Assembly (NCBI GenBank): GCA_963677595.1 | Contig: OY782041.1 | Location: 3,680,001-3,744,000, forward strand | Direction: 5' to 3' | Source of the DNA: Spirochaetia bacterium | GTDB taxonomy: Bacteria > Spirochaetota > Spirochaetia > CAKZLE01 | Length of the DNA stretch: 64,000 nucleotides | In this document: one piece after another, positions 12,139-20,941 of the stretch | Position numbering within the stretch: the stretch's first letter is position 1 | Layout: every line of letters starts with the position of its first letter | The notes under the pieces: model-generated | Seen by the model: the letters and a program-made list of their open reading frames with translations, nothing else | Told to the model about the DNA's origin: nothing | The model's database searches: none | Translations under genes and position numbers: made by a program

Positions 12139-12198
12139 TTTCCCGGCAATAAGTGTTTCTCAAGACTGCGGAAACAGGTTGTCTTCCCCTATAAAAGA

Positions 12199-12228
12199 CA
12201 GAAGACCAGGTTTGCACCTGGTCTTCTG
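12199..12228 (-). terminator. Terminator hairpin downstream of tRNA-Arg
   Basis: CAGAAGACCAGG-loop-CCTGGTCTTCTG followed by TCTTTT on minus strand. Confidence 0.7.
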
Positions 12229-12232
12229 CAGT

Positions 12233-12306
12233 TGAGCGAGGCGGGATTCGAACCCACGACTTCTACCTCCGGAGGGTAGCGCTCTATCCAACTGAGCTAC
12301 CCACCC
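12233..12306 (-). tRNA. tRNA-Arg(CCG)
   Basis: Reverse complement GGGTGGGTAGCTCAGTTGGATAGAGCGCTACC-CTCCGGA-GGTAGAAGTCGTGGGTTCGAATCCCGCCTCGCTCA; CCA not encoded. Confidence 0.95.
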
Positions 12307-12454
12307 AACGAAACCTAAGCTGAATCATAACCGATTTCTGATTCCCCGGTCAAGAGAATTGACGAATTCAGTCGATAAGTGCTGAGAATTTATGCGGTGA
12401 GAAGGAACTGTATGGTGAATGCATGGTTGGGAGTGGGTTAGGAAGAATGGAGAT

Positions 12455-12526
12455 AGCCAAAGGTGGGATTCGGACCCACGGCCTACGCTTTACGAGAGCG
12501 TTGCTCTACCCCTGAGCTACTTTGGC
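12455..12526 (-). tRNA. tRNA-Thr(CGT), non-canonical T-loop
   Basis: Reverse complement GCCAAAGTAGCTCAGGGGTAGAGCAACGCT-CTCGTAA-AGCGTAGGCCGTGGGTCCGAATCCCACCTTTGGCT; TCC instead of TTC in T-loop. Confidence 0.85.
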
Positions 12527-12648
12527 TTGACTGTCCATTAAATTAGTAAAAATCATAATAAATTGCAACCCCCTTCAGGCTTGACCAAACAGCAATAAAT
12601 AACTAGGTTTTAAGGAGAATAGCGCATCTGAGTTTTTAGGAGAGAGTT

Positions 12649-12861
12649 CTGGAAGATAAGACAAAGAAAGAGCTGCTGGCTGCATTGGAATCTATGGATC
12701 CGGCCAGTCTTCAGCCCAATCAGCGTCGCCCTGTACGGGGCGGTATCATATGGTCGGAGAACGTCGCGAAGTTCATCCTTGATATCTACCCCGATATCTT
12801 GGAGAGCGATATGGATATGTTCGACCTGGTCAGGATCATAAACGGGAAATACGAACTATGA
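12649..12861 (+). CDS. Small hypothetical protein (70 aa, probable CTG start) coupled to tsaD
   Basis: AGGAGAG RBS then CTG; open frame EDKTKKELLAALESMDPASLQPNQRRPVRGGIIWSENVAKFILDIYPDILESDMDMFDLVRIINGKYEL*; ATGA overlap with tsaD. Confidence 0.6.
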   Translation: MEDKTKKELLAALESMDPASLQPNQRRPVRGGIIWSENVAKFILDIYPDILESDMDMFDLVRIINGKYEL

Positions 12862-13871
12862 TCGTACTCGGCATCGAGTCCTCCTGCGACGAGTGTTCCG
12901 TCGCGCTCGTGGAGGACGGTAAACGTATCCTGAGCAATGTGGTAGCGACCCAGATCGACCTCCACCGACCCTATAACGGGGTCGTTCCCGAGATCGCCTC
13001 ACGGCTCCATACCGAATGGATCGTCTCGGTCTATAAGGAAGCCATAGAGAAAGCAGGGATAGCCCCCACTGAGATCGACGGCATCGCCGTCACCAACAGA
13101 CCCGGCCTCGTGGGTTCGCTCCTGGTGGGCTTGAGCTTCGCCAAGGGGCTGTCAGTGAGCCTCGGCATCCCGTTCATCGGGATAGACCATATCAGGGCGC
13201 ATCTCTACGCACCCCACATCGAGCATGACATACCGTACCCATACCTCGGGGTCCTCCTCTCAGGGGGGCATACCGTCATCGCCAGGGTGAACGGCTTCGA
13301 TGATATCGACGTCATGGGCACCACCATCGATGATGCGATAGGCGAAGCCTTCGACAAGGTAGCGAAGCATTACGGCTTCGGCTATCCCGGCGGCGTCATC
13401 ATCGACAGGATGGCAGCCGATGGGGATGACCATGCTTTCGACTTCCCCGATGCCTCGCTCCATAAGGGGGACCATCGCTATGATGTCTCCTATTCAGGGC
13501 TCAAGACGGCGGTGATCAACCAGCTCGACAAGTTCTGGGACGGGAAGTCGGAGAAGAGCCCGGAGAATATCGCGGCGTCGTTCCAGCGGGCCGCAGTCGA
13601 GATCCTGATGCGAAGGATCAGGAAGGCTGTCGGCGATACCGGCCTGAAGCGTATCGTCGCCGGGGGCGGGGTCGCCGCGAACTCCCTGGTGCGTTCACGG
13701 CTCGCGTCGATGAGGGGGATGGATGTCTACTACCCGTCATTGGGGCTCTGCACCGATAACGGTGCCATGATAGCCGCGATAGGATACCGATACCTGAAAG
13801 AGGGGATCACCTCCCCGATAGCAGAGAATGCCTCGCCGCGGGTGACGGCTTTCAAGAGAACATACCCCTAG
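12858..13871 (+). CDS. tsaD: tRNA N6-threonylcarbamoyladenosine transferase TsaD
   Basis: LGIESSCDE, GVVPEIASRLH, HIRAH, SGGHT, DDAIGEAFDK, SYSGLKTA, GGVAANS, CTDNGAMIA. Confidence 0.97.
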   Translation: MIVLGIESSCDECSVALVEDGKRILSNVVATQIDLHRPYNGVVPEIASRLHTEWIVSVYKEAIEKAGIAPTEIDGIAVTNRPGLVGSLLVGLSFAKGLSVSLGIPFIGIDHIRAHLYAPHIEHDIPYPYLGVLLSGGHTVIARVNGFDDIDVMGTTIDDAIGEAFDKVAKHYGFGYPGGVIIDRMAADGDDHAFDFPDASLHKGDHRYDVSYSGLKTAVINQLDKFWDGKSEKSPENIAASFQRAAVEILMRRIRKAVGDTGLKRIVAGGGVAANSLVRSRLASMRGMDVYYPSLGLCTDNGAMIAAIGYRYLKEGITSPIAENASPRVTAFKRTYP

Positions 13872-13887
13872 GGGCAGGAGAGATAAG

Positions 13888-14424
13888 ATGAGTGCAGAAC
13901 AGTTCAACCTTGATGATGCGATACGGAAAGTGAAGGATTTCCCCAAACCAGGGATCCTCTTCTATGATATCACGAGTATCCTCGCGAACCCGACGGCGTT
14001 CTCCTGGTGCCTAGATCGGATGGTCGAGATCTATAGGGAACGCAAGATAGATGCTGTCGCCGGTATCGAGGCAAGGGGATTCCTCTTCGCAGCCCCCCTG
14101 GCTGAACGGCTGCAGATCCCGCTGATCCTGGTCAGGAAGAAGGGGAAACTGCCCGGTGAGACCTACGAGAAACGCTTCCAGCTGGAGTATGGTGAGGATG
14201 TGATACAGATTCACAAGGCCGACATCAAGGAGGGTGAGAACATCCTCATCATCGATGACCTGATCGCTACTGGCGGGACGGTGAAGGCTGCAGCGGAACT
14301 CTTCACCGAGGCAGGGGCCCAGGTGCATGAGGTCTTCTGCGTGATCGGGCTGCCGTTCCTCCCCTATAAAGAGGTCCTGTCTGACTATACCGTGACGACA
14401 TTGATCGAGTACGACAGCGAATAA
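13888..14424 (+). CDS. apt: Adenine phosphoribosyltransferase
   Basis: DFPKPGILFYDIT, IEARGFLF, RKKGKLPG, IDDLIATGGT. Confidence 0.97.
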   Translation: MSAEQFNLDDAIRKVKDFPKPGILFYDITSILANPTAFSWCLDRMVEIYRERKIDAVAGIEARGFLFAAPLAERLQIPLILVRKKGKLPGETYEKRFQLEYGEDVIQIHKADIKEGENILIIDDLIATGGTVKAAAELFTEAGAQVHEVFCVIGLPFLPYKEVLSDYTVTTLIEYDSE

Positions 14425-14466
14425 CGGTTTTTTTCCCGGGGTACCGAATAATCTTCTCCAAGGTTA

Positions 14467-14495
14467 TTGACAAAAACTGAGGCTTTTAGTACATT
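14467..14495 (+). promoter_or_regulatory. Sigma-70 promoter of tRNA-Gln/tRNA-Glu pair
   Basis: TTGACA-17 bp-TACATT. Confidence 0.75.
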
Positions 14496-14514
14496 AGCGC
14501 AGTATTAAGAACTT

Positions 14515-14585
14515 TGGCCGATAGTGTAATGGTAGCACCGCAGATTCTGGTTCTGCTTGTGAGGGTTCAAATCCTTCTCGGCCAG
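14515..14585 (+). tRNA. tRNA-Gln(CTG)
   Basis: TGGCCGA acceptor stem, GCAGA-TTCTGGT-TCTGC anticodon arm, GGTTCAAATCC T arm. Confidence 0.95.
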
Positions 14586-14599
14586 CTTTTTACAGATAT

Positions 14600-14671
14600 G
14601 GTCCCTTCGTCTATCGGCTAGGATGGAAGATTCTCAGTCTTCAGAGAGGGGTTCGATTCCCCTAGGGACTA
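14600..14671 (+). tRNA. tRNA-Glu(CTC)
   Basis: GGTCCCT acceptor stem, GAAGA-TTCTCAG-TCTTC anticodon arm, GGTTCGATTCC T arm. Confidence 0.95.
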
Positions 14672-14679
14672 TACAAGCT

Positions 14680-14707
14680 GCCAGCCTTTACGGGCTGGCT
14701 TTTTTTT
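14680..14707 (+). terminator. Rho-independent terminator after tRNAs
   Basis: GCCAGCCT-TTAC-GGGCTGGC followed by T8. Confidence 0.85.
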
Positions 14708-14733
14708 CGAAGACGAACGTCGAGGTACCAGTC

Positions 14734-16368
14734 ATGATCACAGTCACAGAATTAGCGTTGTCATTCGGGAACAGGGCACTGTTCAAGAATGTGAATATCA
14801 AGTTCACCCCGGGAAACTGCTACGGGGTCATCGGGGCGAACGGCTCCGGTAAGTCCACCTTCCTCAAGATCCTCTCAGGGGACCTGGAACAGGATACGGG
14901 AACGATCAACATCACTCCCGGTGAGCGTATGGCAGTCCTGCAGCAGGACCACTATGCGTTCAATGAGTATACCGTCATGCAGACGGTCATCATGGGCTTC
15001 AAGAAGCTCTATGACATCATGATCGAACGCGACGCGATCTACCTGAAGGAGGACTTCACCGAAGAGGACGGCATCAGGGCCGCGGAGCTCGAGACCGACT
15101 TCGCTGAACTCGGCGGCTGGGAGGCTGAAGCCGAAGCGGGCGCCATGCTCGCAGGCCTCGGTATCAGCGTCGATGTGCACGAGAAGCTCATGTCCGATGT
15201 GGAAGATAACGTGAAGGTCCGTGTCCTGCTTGCCCAGGCACTCTTCGGCAACCCCGATATCCTCCTGCTCGATGAGCCTACCAACCACCTTGACCTGGAA
15301 TCGATCAACTGGCTGGAGGACTTCCTGCTCAACTTCAACAATACCGTCATCGTCGTGTCCCACGACCGACACTTCCTTAACAAGGTGACCACCCACATCG
15401 TCGATATCGACTTCGGGAAGATCCAGCTCTATGTCGGTAACTACGACTTCTGGTATATGGCCTCACAATTGGCTAACAGGCAGCGTCGCGATGAGAAGAA
15501 GAAGCGTGAGGACAAGATCGCGGAACTCAAGGAGTTCATCCAGCGGTTCAGTTCCAACGCCTCCAAGGCGCGGCAGGCCACGAGCCGGAAGAAGCTCATC
15601 GACAAACTCACCATAGATGATATTAAGCCCTCATCGCGAAGGTTCCCCTATGTGGCGTTCAAGCCTGACAGGGAGTGCGGCAACATCATCCTCGAGATCA
15701 AGAACATAACGAAGACCATCGATGGGGAGAAGGTGCTCGATAACTTCTCCATGACTGTCCAGCGGGATGAGAAGATAGCCTTCGTCGGGACGAACCACCT
15801 CGCGAAGAGTACGCTCTTCGAGATCATCACCGGCAACATGGAGCCTGACGAGGGGAGTTATGACTGGGGTGTGACGATCACGCCCGAATATTACCCCAAG
15901 GATAATTCCTCCTACTTCGACAAGGACTACAGCATCACCGACTGGCTGCGGCAGTTCTCCGTGGAGAAGGATGATACTTATATCAGGAGCTTCCTCGGCA
16001 GGATGCTCTTCTCCGGCGACGAGGCCCTGAAGAGCTGTACGGTCCTCTCAGGGGGCGAGAAGGTGCGCTGCATGCTCTCGAAGCTGATGCTCTCCGGGGC
16101 GAACGCCCTGGTATTCGATGAGCCGACGAACCACCTCGACCTCGAGTCGATCACGGCCTTGAACAACGGCCTCATCGACTTCACCGGCGTCATCCTCTTC
16201 GCCAGCCACGACCACCAGTTCGTGGATACGGTAGCGAACAGGATCATCGAGTTCACCCCTGGCGGGATCATCGACAGGCTCATGAAGTTCGATGAGTACC
16301 TCGTCGATGAGGATGTGAACGCACTTCGTGACAGCCTCTACCACGGCCACTCAAGCGTAGCCATCTGA
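14734..16368 (+). CDS. ABC-F family ATPase (YbiT-like)
   Basis: Two ABC cassettes (GANGSGKST, LLLDEPTNHLD, LSGGEKVR, FDEPTNHLD), linker FIQRFSSNASKARQATSR, no TM; start moved to ATG 14734. Confidence 0.93.
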   Translation: MITVTELALSFGNRALFKNVNIKFTPGNCYGVIGANGSGKSTFLKILSGDLEQDTGTINITPGERMAVLQQDHYAFNEYTVMQTVIMGFKKLYDIMIERDAIYLKEDFTEEDGIRAAELETDFAELGGWEAEAEAGAMLAGLGISVDVHEKLMSDVEDNVKVRVLLAQALFGNPDILLLDEPTNHLDLESINWLEDFLLNFNNTVIVVSHDRHFLNKVTTHIVDIDFGKIQLYVGNYDFWYMASQLANRQRRDEKKKREDKIAELKEFIQRFSSNASKARQATSRKKLIDKLTIDDIKPSSRRFPYVAFKPDRECGNIILEIKNITKTIDGEKVLDNFSMTVQRDEKIAFVGTNHLAKSTLFEIITGNMEPDEGSYDWGVTITPEYYPKDNSSYFDKDYSITDWLRQFSVEKDDTYIRSFLGRMLFSGDEALKSCTVLSGGEKVRCMLSKLMLSGANALVFDEPTNHLDLESITALNNGLIDFTGVILFASHDHQFVDTVANRIIEFTPGGIIDRLMKFDEYLVDEDVNALRDSLYHGHSSVAI

Positions 16369-16466
16369 CAGCGGAGGCGATAGACGGAAGAAGCGGGGTC
16401 CTGTACGAGACAGTTCCCCGCCTTTCGGCCTGGGTCAGTCGATGTGTTGCAGGGCCTTTTCGGACC

Positions 16467-17000
16467 TCACAATGAACGGATGATCATGTCCTCCTTCTTT
16501 GCTGACATGTAGACGTCTTTGAACGATCTTCTTATATTGGAGCCGAACGAAATATCACGATTCCCCATGATTCCATTGGGGATGATCACGTCCCTGAAGG
16601 GCATGAAGGTGGTCGTTACCAGGATAGGAAGCGCTTGGTATGGGTATAACTCCTCCCAGCTGGACATGATGCCATGCACCTGGTAGACCTGATTATCCTT
16701 GAGGGAAATGAAGATGGACCCCTTCTTGAGATGTCGTTCAAGCAGGAAATCACCGCGGATCAATCGTTTCCAGCTCCTGATGATCTCCCTGTGTTCCTCG
16801 CTGAAGTCTTGTCCTTTCCTCGTAAGAAAGTCATCGATGACCGATACATCATCAGCCATCCTGCCGGCGATATCGTGTAATTCCTGCATGCCCAGCCTGT
16901 TTGCAGTCTGTGTATGCAGATCATATTTCTTGTTCACATAATTCAGCAGGGGCATGAACAGCCTGTAAAACAGTTTCCCATCTTCTTCTGAAAGCGTCAT
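16467..17000 (-). CDS. Hypothetical protein
   Basis: Long ORF with GGAGGA RBS before MTLSEE; no recognised family. Confidence 0.6.
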   Translation of the reverse strand: MTLSEEDGKLFYRLFMPLLNYVNKKYDLHTQTANRLGMQELHDIAGRMADDVSVIDDFLTRKGQDFSEEHREIIRSWKRLIRGDFLLERHLKKGSIFISLKDNQVYQVHGIMSSWEELYPYQALPILVTTTFMPFRDVIIPNGIMGNRDISFGSNIRRSFKDVYMSAKKEDMIIRSL

Positions 17001-17114
17001 CTCTTCCTCCATTTCTGTGTGGTTAGTATTCCTTCATGTTGCGAGGTGTTCACCTCTTTCTTCTCACGATTACATGTCCATCAGTCCAGCAGTCAATCGG
17101 CTGCAGAAAGAGGA

Positions 17115-18359
17115 TCAGCTGTTGAGCACCAGTATCCCATCCTTCATGATCTCTACCGCTTCCCCGTCGTAGGTCACAGCGGTGATCTGCATGGTAGGGG
17201 AGCCGATCATGAAGTCGGTATGGAGCATGGAGGTGTTGCAGCCTTCGGCACGGAGTTCCTCGTCAGTGGTGAGGCTCTTGCCGTTCGAGAGGCAGTCAGG
17301 GTACCCGGCCCCAAGGGCGAAATGGCTGGCAGCATTCTCATCGAAGAGGATCGAGTGGAATACCTGCTCACTCTTCGCGATGGGGGTTTCCCCATCCACG
17401 AGGGCGATCTCCCCGAGGTAGGAGGCCCCGTCATCAGTCTCGATGAACTTCTTCAGGATTTCCCCGCCGACTTCTGCGGAATAGTCGATGACTTTCCCAT
17501 CCTTGAAGGTGAAGCGGCACCCGTCGACCTGGGATCCGAAGATGGTAACGGGCTTTGTCGTGACCAGGACTCCTTCGGCAGTCATCCTGTCCGGGACCGT
17601 GAAGACCTCCTCGGTGGGCATGTTGGGGAAGAAGAGCCGCCCGCTCGGCAGGGGCTTCGGTCCACCCTCCCATAGGGCTTTTTGCGAGAACCCGACGGTG
17701 AAGTCGGTACCGGTCCGGGAGTCGGTATAATGGAATGACTTGATCTTTCTGCCGTTGAGCTCTTCACAAAGAGACCCGAGTCGTGCAGCGTGTGTATCCC
17801 AGGCTGCGACCGGGTCATCTGCATCAAGCCTGAGGATCGGTGAGAGCACCTCACAGAGGTCTTCCGTGGTCGCTGTATCCCCGAGGATCTGCTTTGCCCA
17901 GGCCGGGCCGGGGGCGCAGACGACACACCAGGCATGCTCATGGCGCATGAATGCGGTACGGAGGATGGTTGAATCCTTCCGCACCTCGCCCTGGTAGGCT
18001 GAGAGCTTCTCGGTATCGACACCGGTGAGCTGGTCGCGGTCCTCGGTGTTGTCTATCCGAATATAGGCCCAGTCCTCCGAGAGTGCCTCAAACTGGATGG
18101 CACGGGAGAAGTGGGGGACGAACTTGAGCGCCTCGATGTCCTGCGAGTCGATCCTCTTGCGGGCGAGCTGGTAATCCTGGATATCGATATAGACATAGGC
18201 TGCCCCGCACTCGTATGCCCGGGAGGCGAGCTCCTGGGCGAACCCATAATTGAGAGGGCTCGACTTTATGAGGAGGGACTGGCCTTTTCGAAGGTTGATC
18301 CCCTTCCTGATCACCACATCGGCGAACTGTACGTTGAATTCCTTGACTGCATCTTTCAT
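17115..18359 (-). CDS. Aminopeptidase, M29 (AmpS/PepS) family
   Basis: PNMPTEEVFT, YLGEIAL, LFDENAASHFALGAGY, NTSMLHTDFMIG. Confidence 0.93.
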   Translation of the reverse strand: MKDAVKEFNVQFADVVIRKGINLRKGQSLLIKSSPLNYGFAQELASRAYECGAAYVYIDIQDYQLARKRIDSQDIEALKFVPHFSRAIQFEALSEDWAYIRIDNTEDRDQLTGVDTEKLSAYQGEVRKDSTILRTAFMRHEHAWCVVCAPGPAWAKQILGDTATTEDLCEVLSPILRLDADDPVAAWDTHAARLGSLCEELNGRKIKSFHYTDSRTGTDFTVGFSQKALWEGGPKPLPSGRLFFPNMPTEEVFTVPDRMTAEGVLVTTKPVTIFGSQVDGCRFTFKDGKVIDYSAEVGGEILKKFIETDDGASYLGEIALVDGETPIAKSEQVFHSILFDENAASHFALGAGYPDCLSNGKSLTTDEELRAEGCNTSMLHTDFMIGSPTMQITAVTYDGEAVEIMKDGILVLNS

Positions 18360-18368
18360 GGTTGACTC

Positions 18369-18758
18369 CTATTGTCGACGAAACAGGGTAGCGAACGCTG
18401 ACTTGATCCTGCGGATGATGCGCTGGATGAGGTTGGGGTTCCTCAGCCGGTCGATCCGGGCGAAACCGTCAGCCAGTTCAGAGGTTGACAATGCCCTTCG
18501 GTAGAGGTTCTCGTCGATCTCCATCTGGATCTTGGCTGCATCACTGTCCACATGCACGACATGTACCTCTACCGTGATCCAGCCGAGTCTCCGGACGGAT
18601 TCCAGCCGCCGTTCCCCGGCGATGAGCTCCTTCTTCTCGTTGACCACGATCGGGTTCATGAGGCCGTGTGTGTTGATGCTCTCCATCAGTTGAGTGAGAT
18701 CTCCAAGATCCTTCCGGATCCTGCGTTTTGCTTTAATTTCGTCGACTCGTAATTGCAT
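18369..18758 (-). CDS. ParB N-terminal (ParBc/Srx-like) domain-only protein
   Basis: LMESINTHGLMNPIVV...LIAGERRLES...IDENLYR; ends without HTH/dimerisation domains. Confidence 0.85.
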   Translation of the reverse strand: MQLRVDEIKAKRRIRKDLGDLTQLMESINTHGLMNPIVVNEKKELIAGERRLESVRRLGWITVEVHVVHVDSDAAKIQMEIDENLYRRALSTSELADGFARIDRLRNPNLIQRIIRRIKSAFATLFRRQ

Positions 18759-18931
18759 CTTTCTTCAGTTAAATTTGTATTGATTCATTTGTCAAGTATC
18801 TATGAAAATAAAGCATCCTCCAGCCCTATAGTTACAACCGGGGTACAAAAGGTAGAGATACCTGTCCCCAATCCCGCTGATACATGGTATAGTGGTACGT
18901 TCTGTAGAATACCTGAGCAGGAGAAGCACCA

Positions 18932-20146
18932 GTGAGTACGACGTACCGGAAGAACATCATCGTGGAATACCTCTTTATCATAGCATGCAACCTCGACCTC
19001 ACACGAGGGCTGTGGATGATCTACCTCGCCCTGCGAGGATTCTCGCTCATCGAGCTCGGGATCTTCGAGAGTGCCTTCCATGTCACCTCCTTCCTCATGG
19101 AGGTCCCGACCGGTGCCGTAGCCGATATCTGGGGGAGGAAAGCCTCCCGCCTGTGGGGGAGGGTCTGCTTCCTTGGCAGCCTGGTCATCATGTTCACTGC
19201 CGGCAGCTTCTTCGTGCAGCTGGTCGGGTTCATGGTGTGTGCCGTCGGGTACAACCTCGAGTCCGGTGCGGGTGATGCGCTCGTCTATGATTCCCTCAAG
19301 CTCGATGGGGAGGCTTCCGGGTACAAGAAGGTCGCCGGCCGCAGGGAGTTCCTCTACCAGGCATCAGCGATTGTCGCCTATGTGGTCGGCGGCTACCTCG
19401 CAACACGGGATTATTCCTATATCTTCATCATCTCCATCGTGCTCGCCGTGGCTTCGATCCTGGTCGGGAGCCTCTTCAGTGAACCAGTGAGCAGGAAGAA
19501 GGAAGAGAGTCAAACCAAAGAAGAGCGGCCCTCGGTCAGGAAGCAGACGGCCCTGAGCATCAGGGTAGTCAGGGAACGGCCGAGGATCGCCTTCCTCATC
19601 CTCTTCTCTGAGATCATCTTCGCGGCTATCGTCACCGAGTACTTCTACCTGCAGAACTACTGGAAGGGAAACGGGTTCTCGGAGTTCCAGATCGGGGTCA
19701 TCTTCGCCGTGAGCGCCTTGACCTCAGGGGTCTTCGGGCTGTATACCAACCGGATCGAGAAGCGGTTAGGCGAGCACGGCGTGCTGTTGTCGATGCCGGT
19801 CCTGCTCATCATCTGCCTCTGGGGGATCGCCCTCACTCCCTACCACTACCTGTTCTATATCATGACGGGGGTCATACAGGGGATCCTCAGTGTCGCGATC
19901 AGTGACTATATCAACATGCTGATCCCAAGCGGGCAACGGGCTACCATCCTCTCCTTCCAGAGCATGGCTTTCAGCTTCATCATGATCATCCTCTTCCCGC
20001 TGACCGGGCTTCTAGGCGACCACATCTCGATACGGACTGCCTTCATCGTGATCGCCGCGATCATGACGGCAGGAGGGAGCGCCTATTTCATCTACTACAG
20101 CAGGAGGTTCTATGGAAACGTTCATAGAGAAGATCACCAGGACTGA
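18932..20146 (+). CDS. MFS transporter
   Basis: EVPTGAVADIWGRK motif A, SGAGDALVYDSL, about 12 TM. Confidence 0.9.
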   Translation: MSTTYRKNIIVEYLFIIACNLDLTRGLWMIYLALRGFSLIELGIFESAFHVTSFLMEVPTGAVADIWGRKASRLWGRVCFLGSLVIMFTAGSFFVQLVGFMVCAVGYNLESGAGDALVYDSLKLDGEASGYKKVAGRREFLYQASAIVAYVVGGYLATRDYSYIFIISIVLAVASILVGSLFSEPVSRKKEESQTKEERPSVRKQTALSIRVVRERPRIAFLILFSEIIFAAIVTEYFYLQNYWKGNGFSEFQIGVIFAVSALTSGVFGLYTNRIEKRLGEHGVLLSMPVLLIICLWGIALTPYHYLFYIMTGVIQGILSVAISDYINMLIPSGQRATILSFQSMAFSFIMIILFPLTGLLGDHISIRTAFIVIAAIMTAGGSAYFIYYSRRFYGNVHREDHQD

Positions 20147-20891
20147 GCATGCGTATACCTGCCTCTTCAGCAGTGTTGTCAGGACGGAATACGGGTACCG
20201 CTATACAGATATGCTCCTCCCCGACATGTACTGCCACAACAGCTTCAGGGTCTCTCCCGATGCCGGGTGCATTCCCCTCTCACTCTTTGCTGAGGAGGCT
20301 GCCTACCGTAAGGGAAACGGTCAGGATGTCGTTCAGATCGAGTACTTCGATGGAGGTGACGCTGCATTCCCCGAAGGTCTCGACTATGAGTCGGTCTCTC
20401 AGCAGCCTGTCTACTATGCAGCCCTCAATGAGTTCACTCCCAGTTCGAGTGCATCCTGCACCGTGAAGCCGGCCAGGGATGAACGCATGTTCACCGATGG
20501 CAGGAACATCGACATAGCCTCCTTCATCCCAGGGTTTGAGGAGTTCGCCGGGAGGCGGTATGACCGTAAGAAACCCGTGTACGCTGATCGGTCTGCTCCC
20601 TTCGAGAACCTGATCTGTTATGCAGGGGATACACCTGTCGGGAACTGCGACCTCTTCATCGACGGCGACACCGCTAAGATCGAGGACCTCGATGTCCTTG
20701 AACCCTACCAGCACCGGGGGTACGGTACGGCCATCCTGCAGGAGATCGGCGGTATCTGCAGGGATGCCGGCGTTCGCCATATCTACCTGCTCGTCGATGA
20801 TGACAATGAGGGGGCTATTCGGCTCTATACGGCAATCGGCATGCGGGAGGTCATGAACAACCACCTCTACCGCCGGGAATTTGATGCCTGA
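20112..20891 (+). CDS. GNAT family N-acetyltransferase
   Basis: VLEPYQHRGYGTAIL, NEGAIRLYTAIG. Confidence 0.85.
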   Translation: METFIEKITRTEHAYTCLFSSVVRTEYGYRYTDMLLPDMYCHNSFRVSPDAGCIPLSLFAEEAAYRKGNGQDVVQIEYFDGGDAAFPEGLDYESVSQQPVYYAALNEFTPSSSASCTVKPARDERMFTDGRNIDIASFIPGFEEFAGRRYDRKKPVYADRSAPFENLICYAGDTPVGNCDLFIDGDTAKIEDLDVLEPYQHRGYGTAILQEIGGICRDAGVRHIYLLVDDDNEGAIRLYTAIGMREVMNNHLYRREFDA

Positions 20892-20941
20892 AGAGGGCTT
20901 GAGCGCAGGGAGAGGTGGGAGTACAATAGGGGTATGAGGAG

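Noticed and set aside
14623-14733. N-terminal extension of ABC-F ORF in the track
   Set aside because: Overlaps tRNA-Glu and its terminator; real start is ATG 14734
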